DNA from: Adineta vaga
Taxonomy: Eukaryota > Animalia > Rotifera
Direction of reading: 5' to 3'
Length of the DNA stretch: 64,000 nt
NCBI GenBank assembly: GCA_021613535.1
Contig: CP075494.1
Coordinates: forward strand, 7,440,001 to 7,504,000
The notes under the pieces were generated by a model. It made no database searches and was not told the origin of the DNA. It saw nothing but the letters and a program-made list of their open reading frames with translations. Position numbers and translations under genes: made by a program. Numbering within the stretch: the stretch's first letter is position 1; each line of letters opens with the position of its first letter. Positions 1 to 14,413 of the stretch are shown piece after piece.

Positions 1-942
1 AATTCGAAAAACATTCTTTATTTGTTAATTAAATTACTTCGGAATCATATAACAATTATCATCTGTATAATAGAAATGTTTAATCCATGGTGCTCGAACA
101 CGTATCATTTGTCCACGTATGGGATGCATGAGATCATCATGACATAATTCTTTCGCTCCAAAACCAGTACAATTCACGACAATATCATAACTATCAGCTA
201 ACTAAAGAAGAAAAAAACAAGTTTATAAATGAAACAGCAAGAAATTTTCCTACTTCTTCTAACGATTGAATCTTCTTTTGAATAAATGTTACCTGTTTTT
301 CCATTAATCTAAACAGATTGGAATTTTAATTCAATCATTAACGTAGTTCTAAAACATACAATTTCGTTAGATATTTCATATATTTACGTGTATCAATATA
401 CACAGTCGTTGCGAAATATCCATATCTTAAAATAAGAATCGTTTTTTCAACTTTTGTATTTCTCTTGGAAAAAAAAACGTTCATAGTTACTTGTAATGAT
501 CAGGAAATATGGCTAATTCGTTTTTAGTTAAATAACGAAAATTATAGATTATATCTTGATAAGATGGATCTGGACGTGGATCATTGAATAATTGATAACC
601 AGATACTTGAGAAATACCAGCATCAGCAGCAATATTGGAAAAAATGATATTATTGAAATGATCGAATGATGTTTGACACCATTTTCTTTAATTTTTTCGA
701 AAAAGAATACAATCATCGTAAATGAAATAGTTCAACATTTCGAAATACCTTAGAGTTGATGGATCAACACCGACAATAAATCGTTGATCTGGTCGAAAAA
801 GACCGCCAGCACCATCGCTAGTTGTATCTTCAAGAAAACGATCAGCAATAACTGTTATAGATAATGATGGATGTTGTGTTCTGATACATAGAGCAGTTGA
901 TAAACCAACCACTCCGGCTCCAATTACAGCTACACGAGTCAT
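1..942 (-). CDS. D-amino-acid oxidase / D-aspartate oxidase family FAD enzyme; 5' part, continues beyond window start
   Basis: ATG at 942. N-terminus [17 protein letters not shown] (GxGxxG FAD fold) and TTSDGAGG. Exon 749-942 splices in frame to 491-685 ([10 protein letters not shown]...GISQVSGYQ). Later exons give [13 protein letters not shown] and [18 protein letters not shown], typical of DAO/DDO. DAO versus DDO not resolved. Confidence 0.9.
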
Positions 943-1323
943 ATCACGAGTAGATGCTATATGTTTTGTCCTTTTTATTTATTATCTTTTTCTTTTAAGT
1001 GTGCAGTGCATAGAGTTAAATTACAGAACAGAACAAATAAAACTAAGTAAAACATGGAACACGTAATTATTTCTGTTCTTTTGTGAAAATGGCTGCTATA
1101 TGCGGCGCTACAGTCATGCTCGACTCGCATTCATACAAACAGAGAAATGTTATAACACTATGGCATGTTTGTGAATTTAAACTAAATTATCATACAGATT
1201 CCGTACATGAGTATCAATTTTTAAATAGAACAAGATAATATCATATCATGAATTATACTGCGTACGAAAAACACATCAAATCAATTTGTAATTTATTCGA
1301 AAAAGAAAATAGAGAAAAGGCTT

Positions 1324-4300
1324 TTAACATGTTCGTAATTGTTGCAATTTATCAATGGATGCCGTCCAATGCGATCGATATCGATCAAGTTCAGTTAATA
1401 TCAAAGAACAATGACTTTCAATATCGGATAATGTTTGCATGAATGCTGCTTTATATCGCTGCAATTCAAGAAATAAGTTTCTTTTAAAATACAAAAAGAA
1501 AAATATTCATACAAACCTTATAAACTTTATCACGCTGTGTAATTGTTTCCATTTGTGGTAACGTTGTCTTTTGTGTAACAACAGAAGCTGACATTTTTTG
1601 TCGTGAATTTCCTCCAACTGACCGTTTTTTTGTTGATACTGGTGGTCGATTGAATTGATCATCAAGTAAAGGTACACCTGTTCGGAAACGAGAAAAAAAA
1701 AGTCATTATTTGATTTGTCAATTTTTATGAACGCTGAATCTGAAACAACATACCTGACCAATGACCTTGTTTTCGTTCGAGAATTTGTTTTGGTTCTCTA
1801 TTTTCCAATGGTCTTCCCGATTGTTGTCGTCGTAATAATTCACTCAGTGGTTGTTTTGGTTCCGGTAATTCTTAATAAATATAATTCTATTACTTTCTTG
1901 AAGAAAAATCATGTCTCTCATACTTGTTTTAATAATTTCATCCGCAGTTAATATATCATCGAACATAATTAATAAACGTTCAGCATTTGTTGCCAATGTA
2001 TGAATAGTTGCCTGTGCATCTGTTTGAATATTTTTCTAGAAAAGAAACCAAATGTTTTCATTGAATTTCTTGAAAAACTATTTGTACATACAACTGTTTT
2101 CGATCGAAGCTCAGTGACAGTTTGTTGAAATTGATTTTGACGTAGTTTTTCACGATTATCAATTTCCTGCAATTCATTCTTTCGTGCTGGATGACCAAGT
2201 GTTGGACGAAGTTGATCGAAATTCTTTGTTTTATCTTCATTACTTTCATTACATTTCTCGTTACAAACAGTATCAAACTGATGTTTAACATTATTCAAAA
2301 CTTTTCCAGCTTGTTTCGCTTGTTCATCAAGTTCAAGTTTAGCTAATAACGATGATGTACGTTCAAATAATTCTAACATTTCACGAAATTCTAATTAAGA
2401 AACAAGTTTTATTTTTAAGAAGAAAAGAGGATAATGAATTTACCATTGACTGATTGTTCATAATAAGTTCGACATTGTTCTTCATAACTCTTCAATTTTT
2501 CAATCATTGTATTTGCATATTCATCGAATCTTTCTCGTAAAGCTAGAGGACGAGTTACAGGTCGTGAACCTTTTTCTCGATAGTACAACTATAAATATTC
2601 ATCAAAATAAGAATAAGATCATGTTTTACATGTATAACATTACTTCAGCATGAGTCAGTAAACCTTCATTCGATTCACGAAGAATGTTTAATATATTCGA
2701 AAGAAAATCATTATTGGAATGTTTCTTTTCTCCAAAAGTGCAATAGAGTGCATAGATTTCATCACGTGTTTTCGCTCGACCTGGTGTTTGACGTTTTGTC
2801 GATGATGTGACGGAACTATCAACTGATGCTCTATACGAAGAATTTATCAAAGTTTTGAAAATTGAAATGAAAGATAGATACCGTTTTGTATTTTTTAATT
2901 GTGCATTGGATGATTTTCCTTGTGATGAACGTGATGATGAACGAGAGACAGTAGTACGAGTATTAGACACTAAAATTTCAAATTTAGAAACAATATTTTA
3001 TCTCAAAATATTCAATTATCGACTTACCGAAAGTAGCAGGTACATCAGGTTCAACAATTTCATCCGATTCGGGTTGTTCACTTTTACTATGAAAAAAGAA
3101 ATCCTCTTATAAACTCATTTTACTTACAAGAATAACTTACTGTAGAAGAGTTCGTATTGTTGAAATAGTATTCGTTTCTTCAGGCTGTGCACTTGTCAAA
3201 CAAGTAGTACCATTGACTCCTACTTTATTGCGCGATGATGCTCTTGCTGATGGAGCAAATTTCACAGATTTCACTTCATCAACACTAGTTCCTGCAGCAT
3301 TACTTATCTTTGATGATCTTCGAGATGTATTTAGTTCATCATTATTTGCAGCATTACTCAAATCATTTACCAATTTTTCTAAATGATTCAAAAATACCAC
3401 AAATATTAATTTTCTCACTAAACATATTGCCTGATTACCTTCTGTAAGTACGCCTTTATTTCTCAATATTGGAACTACTGACGCTGGTATAAGTAATTCA
3501 TTATTCAAACATTTTAAATACAATGCTCTTTCATAACTGGTGAGAACAACTTGTTGAAACATATCTCGAATATCATTCAATGTTGTTGTCTAATAGAATA
3601 TCAAAGCGAAGGTTTTGCATCAGTTTAGTTTTGATTCTTACTTGTTTATCAACATTTGGATTGAGCATGGAATCAATTTGATTTCGATAGGAAATGATTA
3701 AATTTTTTAAAGTTTGAGCCTGTTGATTATTATTACCAACTTCAGCTTTGATTTTAACTTGAGTATCACTTATCCATCGATTAGCAAGTTCAATGAATTG
3801 CAAATCTATCATATGATTTTTAAAACTAAATAAAATTATGAAGAAAAAGAATTCTTTCTTTCGAAAAATAATTTACCGTTCTTGAAATTGAGTGATTATC
3901 TTTGTTGCTTCTTCTAATTGTTTCTTTTCTAATTTTTCCATTTCTTTCAGTATAGCTGTTTCACCTTTATCAATTTGTCCAGCTGTTTTTTCAAGTTTTC
4001 TTCGATAAATTTCGATTTCTTCACGACTATAATTTCCTCCTTCGGAAAATATTCTACAATGAAAGAAAAACGTCATTTTAGTCATTGTTTTATTTTCTTT
4101 ATCATACATAAATGATTGACGAAAATTAGCATTGGCTTGTCGTAAACATTGCATTGCTTCATCAAATTGTTTACGAAAACTTCTCAATGTTGTTCGAACA
4201 TTATCCATAAATCCATCACGTTTCTTTGCTAAACGTTCTTGCAATGAAATGAGACGAGCTGTTGTTGTAGCATTTATGAATAATTGTTCAAGATTATTGA

Positions 4301-7300
4301 TTTCATCTTTATAAGTATTGATCGATTTTGCAAAATCATTTAACATTAAACGATAATTTGTATCTGTTCGTTCTAATGTTTCATCCACACCATGAACATG
4401 ACGTTCAATCCGTTCGTCATGCGATGCAAGTTCATCTATGAAATTCATATGCAAATGATTTCACTCTCAAATCTCTTTCGATTGCTTACTTGCTCTAACA
4501 TTATGAACATCCGTTTCAATACGCATCCGTCTGGGTTCATGTAAATGCATTTGAAAATCCATTTCTTTATCCAATTCATCATGTTTTGAATAGATAACTG
4601 CATCAGCTCGTCGCATTGTTTCTTCTTGCCATTGATCGTAATAATCTAGAAAAGCTCGACATAAACTAAAACAACAAAACTGAAATTTCTTTCAAAACAT
4701 TTTTCGATTTACTTGAACATAATTGATTCAACAAGATTGGATGGTATTCGAAACGATTGAATAAATGGAACTGTATTTATTAAAGTTGGATCTTCGGTAA
4801 GAAATGTTTGCTCTTGGGATTGATTATCGGATGAGTATCTGCTATCTTCGATTTCAGATTCTTTGCTAGTTAAATCTTCAATTTCATATGTTGTTCGTGC
4901 AATCGATGTTGTATATAAGTGAGGATTTGCATCCGATAAAGCTAAACTCTCATCATCATTCGTTTGAATTTCTCGAGCATGAAAATACTCCAATAGTTCA
5001 TTTTTATATCGTTTCACTTCTTCGGCAATCATTTCCGAATACTTATCAACGATTGTATGTTCCATTTTATAGAATTGTATAAAACTAAATGTGTGTTTTA
5101 GTTGAATGTATCGTATGTAAAGATGTTTCTTACTTTGTTTTAATTGAATCAAGTTGATCATAGGCAGATTTTAATAAACGATTCAATACAATTTCATTTG
5201 ATGCACTACGCATTTCATCCAAAGTTGCATCAAGTTTTGTCAATTTTTTCTAGAAGAAAATCTTATAAAAAGTTTTTCTTTTCTCATAATAGATTATTTA
5301 CTTCATTTTGAACATCATGCGGTCGACGACACTCACGCATTAAATCAATCAATTGTGCAGTAACGCCTTCTAATCGAATTTGATGATGATCCCATTGTTC
5401 AGCTGGTGATTGAATGAAAGCTAAGAGACGATCGAGAATAGTATACATTATATTAGTCAATCGTTCATATTCAGCCTAGGAAAAATAAGATCAAATAAAT
5501 CTAATCTGTGAAATGTTGTATACATACTTCAGCTGGATCAATTACTGTTTCTTGTAAGAATTGTTTTCTTTCCTCTAAAATTGGTTCAATATCACGTTCG
5601 AATACTAATTGAAGTTCTTCATTATTATAGATTTGATTTTGACATACTTTTTCCTATTGAATTGAATAGAATTTAGTTTTTACAAAAAAGTTCTTTCAAA
5701 TTTTACTTCAATTATTTTCCATTGCTTTTCTAAGAAATCAATTTCACTTTTGATAATCTGTTTTATTTGATTCACAAGTGTTTTTCGTTCATTTATAATG
5801 ATATCCATGATTTCATAAGCTTGTTTATACCATATTTGAGTATTTTCTTTTGTTGATTTCGGTGGAATAAATGAACTAAACATAATAAATCGATTTATTT
5901 TCAAAAGCGATGAAAATAATCAATAAAATTTTACTTTAATGTATTGACATGTTCAACAAATCGTTGTGTTTGTTTAGCAATGTTTTGTTCAATCGGTTGA
6001 CACGATGATAAAACGGCTGCATCTAATCGTACTCTACACTGTGATAATCTTGCACTAGAAACAAACAAATAATTATCATTCATTTGCCATATTCTGTGAC
6101 TAAAACTATCGATTTGTTTCTTACATCCAAGTTTGTTTATTAATAATCCACATATCTTCTTTCCATTTGTTATGTTGATCTACCAGCTGATCACGAAAAT
6201 GATGAACTCGATCTGTTTCACCTGATAATAATCTTGCCTCTAATTCTGCATATAATTTTCGATTTTCAATAATTTGTGAATTTAATTTCTACAACAAAAA
6301 TAAAACCAACAACATTTTACCATATTCAACTTTGTCGAAGATTTACATTAGCTTGTTTTTCTAATTGTGCAGCTGTTTCGGTGTCGGATAGATGATGTGT
6401 ATGATAGAGACGTTCAGAATAGATTTTAAATAGGTCACGAATCTATAGAACAGATGATTCTTTTACTATGAATAGATAGGAAAGAACAATTCACTTTTTG
6501 TGTCCGTTCCATTTCAAGTTCTTCAATTGATTGACAATATTCTTGAATTTTAACATGACGTGATGGAAGATATTGATCAAGATAATCAAATGCTTGATTA
6601 AATGATTGATATGTCAATGTAGTTATTTCCTAAGCAATTGAATAATACTTCAAATTTGATTCTATTGATTTTCTCTATCATACTTTTTGATAAATCATTG
6701 CTTGCAATTGTTTGTCAAGTTCTAAAAAGCAAACGATTAGTTCTATTTGTCTTTTTAATTTCATCTGAATAAACCTTTGTCTCCTTGTTCATAATAAGAA
6801 TTACATTCGCGAGTTATTTCTTCTAAATCTTTGACTAAACTCTGAAACGATATAATTTGAATAGAGTTTTGTTCGAAAAGAATTTTACTTGATTTAATTC
6901 TGCGATCTTCTCTAAAAATTCATCCCATACTTGTTTGAATTTGTTATGACGAGTCGCAGCTAACCTTTCCGTCACATTTACTTTACTATTTGAATCATTT
7001 TCAATTGAATCTAAATCCGAAAAAAAATATTCATTTTTATATTACAAAAAACTCGTTTTGTTATCAACAAACTATGATCATTAATATTATCAGGTAGATT
7101 GAAAACTTCTCGTTTGATTTCTTCAAGTTCTTGTTGTTCTTCTGTTTGACGACGTTTTTGTTCATCATGAAAACTAAATTTTCCATTGAAGTGATTTTCT
7201 TTTTCAAAATTTTCTTTTATCTTACAATATAGTTATTGGATTAATCGAAGGATCATTACTATATGGTAAACCAGATAGCCATTGTCGTTTTTGAGATTCT

Positions 7301-7598
7301 AAATTATATATTCAAATATACTCAATGAGAAACAACGACTACTCAGTTTTTTACCATGTGGTCTAATATTTTTTACTAATGGTGTTGCATCGGGATGTGT
7401 AACAATATTAACAGGTTGTGAAAGTTGATGATCTCGTACTCGATTATAAGCGTCACTTAATTGTACCTATGAAAATCGAATATGTACATTTCGATTAATG
7501 ATATACACATATATCATTACTTGTGCATCAAATAATTGTCGATAAACTTTATTTGTAGGAAGAATTCGAACAGAAGCTGATGCTGATGATGCCCTCAT
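1324..7598 (-). CDS. CCDC180: Coiled-coil domain-containing protein 180 (CFAP76-like ciliary protein), multi-exon
   Basis: ATG at 7598 (MRASSASASVRILPTNKVYRQLFDAQVQL...KRQWLSGLP) matches the recalled CCDC180 N-terminus (KAYQQIFQAEVQL...QKWMHSLP). Internal motifs HLHEPRRMRIETDVHNVRA, FSEGGNYSREEI and LRPTLGHP. Long coiled-coil exons in the ORF track. Last exon 1324-1458 ends ...IDKLQQLRTC*. Confidence 0.85.
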
Positions 7599-7679
7599 TT
7601 GAATAGAGTCTGCTCTGTCTATCTAAGCCAGCGAGAAGATGCGTCCTTGTTTATTACCATTGTCATCGTTCTCTATTCT

Positions 7680-7692
7680 GTTACTATGCAAC
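7680..7692. promoter_or_regulatory. Candidate RFX X-box (GTTACTATGCAAC) upstream of CCDC180
   Basis: Near-palindromic 13-mer, one mismatch from GTTRCY-N-RGYAAC, about 80 bp upstream of a ciliary gene ATG, in a divergent intergenic region. Confidence 0.45.
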
Positions 7693-8073
7693 GAACTTGA
7701 TTCATATAATAAATATCGACTTTTTCTCTTTTCTAGAGGGTCGATTCATGAAAATAATGGCTACTATAGACCGATAGTATTTTTTCTCTTCCTTCCTTCC
7801 TCTTCTTCTCCTTTTCGTTCTTCAGGATCAATGTTCGTTCTGCGTACGTATTTACGCAATATAAAAATGTACTCGTCTTTGTGTCTATGGAGCCATTGTC
7901 GACAGCTATCTTAAACAGAGAATTGCTGCACGTGCATCACGAAAATAAAAATCTTGTGATGAGATATTACAGTTCTCTTCTTTTTTTTGTTTCTTATTGA
8001 ATTTTAATCATTGCTTTTCTTTTTTCTATTTTTGATCCCCTATCCCCCGGTGATACATCGGTTGTGTTTAAAA

Positions 8074-9750
8074 ATGGAAATTGACTTTCCTCCATCGCAT
8101 AATCCAACATTATTTGGTTCATTATCTGTCTCTCCACCTATTTCAATGTTCGATGCATTTTCACCATTACTACATTTTAATGATGATTTTCTGGATGTAT
8201 TAAATCCCAAAGAAAATGATGATGATGATAATGATGATTGGATGAAACCATTATTATTCGATCAATTATTTGAACACGAATTACAACAGAATATTTTTAA
8301 TTTTAATGATATTGACGTGAAACAAGAAGAAGAAAATTTCAAATCAGATAATTATTCTTTTATTCTTACTGATAAATTCAATCATTCATCTCAATTATCA
8401 CAAATTCATCGTGAAAATGAATATCTTGATTTATTTCATCCAAGAATCTTGGAACAACAATTACCATCAACAAAAACAACTACAACAACCGTTCATTTGA
8501 TACATCAACCTAAAATTGAACCAGCAGAATTACCAACAACCTTATATGTAAGCGGAAATGAACTACAATTTCATCCAATTGTAACGACGAATAATACAAA
8601 TAATACTCATGGAAAAACAATTGGTCATACGTATACGAGTAAATAGAAAAACAAACATTTAAGACTATATTTCTTTTCTCATTCATTAGCAACAACATCA
8701 TCACCAATTCCATCTGTGCCTATTGTACCAGCACGAGTATTAAAAGGGAAAAAATTCAAACGAGGTGGTCGAGTGACTTCTCGAGCGTAAGATTTCTTTA
8801 TGGCATATATTTATGATAATTTTTTGTTTTATTTCAGAGCATCAAGAAGTAATGCAGCGTCTAAACGACGCTTAAATTCTACAGCCGCAGGTAAAACCAT
8901 CGTGCTGATTTAACATTTCACTTGATTCTATTCTCTTTTGCTTTTGTCAGAACCAAAAGCTAGCGTTGTAATTATTGCTGAAGATGCAACACGAATAGAT
9001 TCAAAAACAACTACTTTAGGTTTAAGTTCTACAAGTAACAGTGATACAGATCTATTGAAATCATCTTCAACAACATCAACACGTTCATCAACACGTCGTC
9101 GTATTAAATCTACTCCTCGTGAAGTTATTCTCTTTCGTAATGGTACATTTGTTTCAAAAGAACCAATATCGAAACAACAACCATCCACAACATTATGTTT
9201 CGAAACTACAACAACTACAACTACAACAAATAATAATTGTCCACCACCACCACCGCTACATCAACAACAAATCACAGCAACTGGTTTACAAGCTGCTGCA
9301 CAAATTGTTGCTTGTAATGTCCTTCGACAAGCAACATTGAATGGTAACATTTGTACTTATACATAACTCTGAATTCAGAATTTATCTTTAGATGCATTAA
9401 TCGAACAATTGATTAAACGTGAAACAAATAATACCGATGATGACTTTCCCATTTATTGTTATTCAAGTCCATCCCTATCATCATCATCGTGTACAATGAC
9501 AACTGCGATGGAAGATTATGAAAATAGTTGTTCAACAACGCTGAAAATTCTTGGTTGCAATACAACAGCACCATTAACATCAGCGAATACAACGACAACA
9601 ACAATTGAATTGTTGACTTTTGCTGCTTTACAACAACAGCAACAACATCATCATCATCATCATCAACAACAACAATTTTGTTATATTAAACAAGAACCAA
9701 TTACAACAACAACGACAACGTTTCTTCTACCTCGTTTACTTCCACAATGA
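8074..9750 (+). CDS. Uncharacterised low-complexity protein (~488 aa), possibly a nuclear regulator
   Basis: Exons 8074-8638, 8690-8786, 8838-8890, 8951-9343 and 9392-9750 join in frame with GT-AG introns. Acidic N-terminus, basic clusters (KGKKFKRGGR, SKRR, RRRIK), poly-T/Q/H tracts. No domain recognised. Confidence 0.65.
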
Positions 9751-10724
9751 CAAGATCAGTGTGTTCTAGAGGTTGAATTACTTGTGATAATCAAAGAATA
9801 GAACAGTAGCTACAGATAACGACGGTATAATATAGGAAAAAGAAAAAGTGATTTTCTTTTTTTGTTTGTTTATTCGTTTATTTGTTTCGTCTACATTTTT
9901 TCAGTTATTTTTTCTTGCTGTTTATTTGTTATTTCAGCACACCGACACACGCGTGTGTGTATTGTTTGACTGAAAATCATCTTTACTGTTATTAACTGTA
10001 TTACTGTGGCCATCTGTTTTTTATTTGGCTATTATAGTTGTTGTTGTTGATAAAAACGAGAAAAAAAAATATAATGCAGAAACAATCAGACTTAATTTTT
10101 CTTTCTTTCTCCTTTCGATCATGTTTGAGTTGTGATCAAAAGAGTTCCAATGATTTATGATTTATATTAAACTTCAGTGAATGAACACTATTTAGATATA
10201 GATAACAGAAAGGAGTATTTTACAAGATAAAACAAGTAAGGTATTGAACCTGTGATAACGATTCAGAATCTATAAGAAGAATAGATTGCTTCATAATTTG
10301 ATATTATTTTAAACTCTTGTCTAACAGATTATAAATCTTTGCTCGTTAATTTTCTTTTGCTTTTGAATATTGTAGATAATTATAATATCTATTTCATAAT
10401 TTCACTCGCCTGCCATTTCTATATCAAATAAAAACTAAATAATTATCTCACAATAATAGTCTACCTAATTAAATTTTAATTAGATGAAACATCATATACA
10501 TACTTCTCATAACTCTTTTTGCTTACAAAATCTGACATCTAGTGATTACTAGAAAAATCTTGAATTAAATAGAAATCTTCAATATTTACTCGTTTACTTT
10601 TCCGTTAAACCGAAGATGCCATCAAGTAATGTGTGAAATACTTCAATCTTTGTTCATCTTTTACTCTTGAACTACTTCGATTCAAACTAAATCATCTATT
10701 TTTCTTTTAGATTTTCATTCTTCC

Positions 10725-13700
10725 ATGTTGAATCATCATCATCATAATTTACTCGATGATCTAAACAATAATGACGATGAAATGAATAGTTTAACTATTT
10801 TGGAATATCTTCGTTCGATATTCTTATGGATATGTAACTATATATGGGCTATATCTTTGATTTTACTCATTTTTATTATCATTGCATCACTTCCCGATCC
10901 ATTCAATATGATAAATAGTTTTCATAACGGTAAACATTTCCGACAGAAGGACTTTTTCTACTTCTTTTTTTTAATTTAATTTACTAATGAATGTTTTTTT
11001 TATTCTTTTTTAAACAAGACATAATGAATAACTTATACTAAAAATAATTACTTTCTAGTCCCCTTAGATCTAGGAAAGAATAAAAAATAGAAAAGTGAAT
11101 GAATCATCTTTTACTTTTAATCTTCATTTATTCATTTTCTTCATTCCGGCATTGATAATGTGACCGTTTCTTGTCACATCTTTGATGACAGACATCTATA
11201 TGATTGAACAGTTATGATGTCTATATATATATTTTTTTCTTCTTCTTGTCTAATGACGAACTTGGCTCGATGAAATGAGGAAAGAAGAACGAGCAAAACA
11301 CAAAAAAAAACGAGAGAAGCCTACCGAAGGGTTAGAAAAGAATAAATTCCTTTTTTCTTTCCTTTGCCGGCTGTTTTCCCATTTACAGAAAGATGGAAGA
11401 AAAAAAAAGAATGTGTGTCTTTTTCTTTTCTTATTCTCGTTCTGTCTGTCTATCTTTTTCTAGATATATATTTCTATATCTGCATTACTACTGCTGCTAC
11501 TATTACTGCTGCTGTTACTCTATGCTCTCTCTCTCTCATGTATCTGTAATATTACACGGCACCATCACCATCACACACATACGCGTACATCTTCCTTCTC
11601 TCCTCCTTTTCATTCTCTCGGGTGGCTTTTCACTGTTGTGTGATTATTTACAGCAAACATGTTAAACGTCATATTTTGTAAGTTTCGTTTGATTTTTATG
11701 TTATTATTCTTAGTTTGAGATCATTTTCTTACCATATAACCTTTACTAATTGATAAAAAAAACAATCTTGTTTCTCCTTCTAGCAACCATGTTTTTCAAT
11801 ACTTTGACACCGAAATTTTACGTAGCTTTGACTGGTACTTCTTCATTAATCTCTGGTCTTATTTTAGTAAGTATCAAAACAAAAAATTTCATTGTTTAAT
11901 TTCAAGAAAAATAATTGTTTTCTTAGATTTTTGAATGGTGGTATTTTAAAAGATATGGAACATCATTTATTGAACAAGTTTCTATCAATCATTTAACTCC
12001 AATTTTAAATGGAAATGACTCAGCAAATTCTTCCCTAACAAATCATGATTCATCTTTACAATCATCATCAGTAATGAATGGTTGTAATAATAATAATAAT
12101 GGAGGAAATAATTCCAATGGAAATAATTCTTTAACAAATGGAATTGATCCCACAATACCGGTGACTGGTACAAATGAATGTAAAGTTTGGAAAAATCCTT
12201 GTGCATTATTTCGTGGAGCTGAATATCAACGTTTAACACAATATAATGGCAAAGAACCGTTGACATTTCATGATATGAATTTATCTGCTCAAGAACATCA
12301 AACATTTTTTTCTTGTGAATTAGATGAAGGTAAACCTGAATATGAAAGTATGTGAATTAGAAATTTATATTTCATCGAACGACTCAATTTCTTTTTTATA
12401 TTCTTTAGTGATGCAACGTGCGTGGCGTGAACGAGCGCCATCCACACGTATTCAATTAGCTCATGATGCATTAGAAAAAAACTTTGAGTAAGAAATCAAA
12501 GCAATTCCTTGAATTCTAATTTGATTTTAATTAGATATACACCTGCATTGATTCTTCTTGCTGAAGAAGAAGCAACTACAATCATCGAAGTTGAACGAAT
12601 TTTAAAACAAGCATTAAAATGTGCAGAAAATGCCTATCGAAAATCGCAACAGTTACTTGAACAAGGTCATAATCAAGATATTGTACATAGTAAGTCAGAT
12701 TTGTCGAAGGAAAAACGATTTGAAATTATTTATATGTTGCTTTTTGTAGAACGTAATACAAATATATTAATTTATGTTAAACGACGGTTGGGTATGTGCG
12801 CAAGAAAATTGGGTAAATTGCGTGAAGCAACAAAAATCTTTCGTGACCTGGTGAAAGAATTTCCAATGATGTCGGTTTTTAATATTCATGAAAATCTTAT
12901 CGAAGTTTTACTTGCTCTTCAAAATTATCCAGATGTACAGGGCGTTTTGGCCAAATATGATGGTTAGAATCATCTTTTCTCATTTCTTATTCTAAGTTTT
13001 GTTCTATTTTTTGTTTTTAGATATTAGTTTACCCAAATCAGCGACAATTTGTTATACAGCTGCTTTACTAAAAGCTAGAGCAGTTGCTTCTACGTAGGTT
13101 TATTTTGAATCTTGAAGTTTCAATGTAAATTGAAAAAGGGCTTTCATTATAAATCATATCCTTTTAATTCTCAATGTTATTTTCTCTATATTTACAAACT
13201 CAGTAGGAGATCGCAAACGGAAATAAGTTTTAAGAAAATACAGAATGTTATCTATTTTAAGAACGAGGAAAAAAAGCGCTGTTCCTGCGTTAACTGATGA
13301 ATTTTAGTTTAGGGGAGTTTCTTTTCAAATGTAACGCATATTGCATATCATGTTCTTTATTGATTAGATTTTCACCTGATATTGCAAGTAAACGAGGTTT
13401 AACTGCATCTGAAATGTCTGCAGTTGAAGCCATTCATCGAGCTGTTGAATTTAATCCACATGTACCAAAAGTAATGATTTTATTTGAATGATTTCATCAA
13501 AAACGCAACATTTTCTTTGGATTTTAGTATTTATTAGAAATGAAAAGTTTAATATTACCACCTGAACATATTCTTAAACGTGGCGATTCAGAAGCGATTG
13601 CTTATGCTTTCTTTCATCTATCACATTGGCGACGAGTGGATGGTGCATTAAATCTTTTACATTGTACATGGGAAGGAACATTTCGAATGATTCCATATCC

Positions 13701-14123
13701 GTTAGAAAAAGGACATCTCTTTCATCCATATCCAACGGTAAATAACGAATATATGAAAGATAAAAGTACCATAAATTTTCATTTTTTTAGTGCACGGAAG
13801 CAGCTGACCGAGAATTATTGCCTGGTAAAGTTTTAGTCTTTGTAATCACTCTAGATTTTTGTTTTTACTATTGACCTTTTTCTTTAGTATTTCATGATGT
13901 ATCTGTCTTTCCGAAAAAAGAATTACCATTTTTTATTTTATTCACTGCTGGATTATGTTCAGGCACAGCAATGCTTGCATTACTTACTCATCAATATCCG
14001 GAAATTGCTGCTTATATTGCTCGTCTATTTCTTAATTGGTTCAGTGTACCTCTACAATATTTGACGGATAAAATCGAATCGATTCTTCCGTCGAATCTCT
14101 TTCAACAATTGGCGAAAATTTAG
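10725..14123 (+). CDS. ST7: Suppressor of tumorigenicity 7 (ST7/ST7L) homolog, multi-exon
   Basis: Exon 10725-10929 (TM segment [18 protein letters not shown]) splices to 11784 ([28 protein letters not shown]). Further motifs [73 protein letters not shown]. Ends [12 protein letters not shown] at 14123. Confidence 0.95.
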
Positions 14124-14413
14124 AATAACTATTTTGTTTTTCATTGTTGTTGTTAGTTGTGACGATGATCTCATCTGAATGTGTACACGTGTCTTGTTTT
14201 TTTCTTCTCTTGCTTAGTCTTTTTCTGTCTTTTTCGTGTCTATGTTTGTTCGTTTCTTTCTTTGCTGGATGACGATGTGCATTGATGCATCGAAAAAAAA
14301 CAGAGAAGACAACAAAAATAAATTTTGTGTATACACAAAATAGCTTGAGTATTTAAATTCAACAAGACTGTTATTGTTGTACTGTTTTTTTCTTCTTATC
14401 TTAGATTTTTATT

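Noticed and set aside
1-942. Horizontally acquired oxidase
   Set aside because: Intron-rich, with motifs of the ordinary animal DAO/DDO type. Nothing in the sequence indicates foreign origin.
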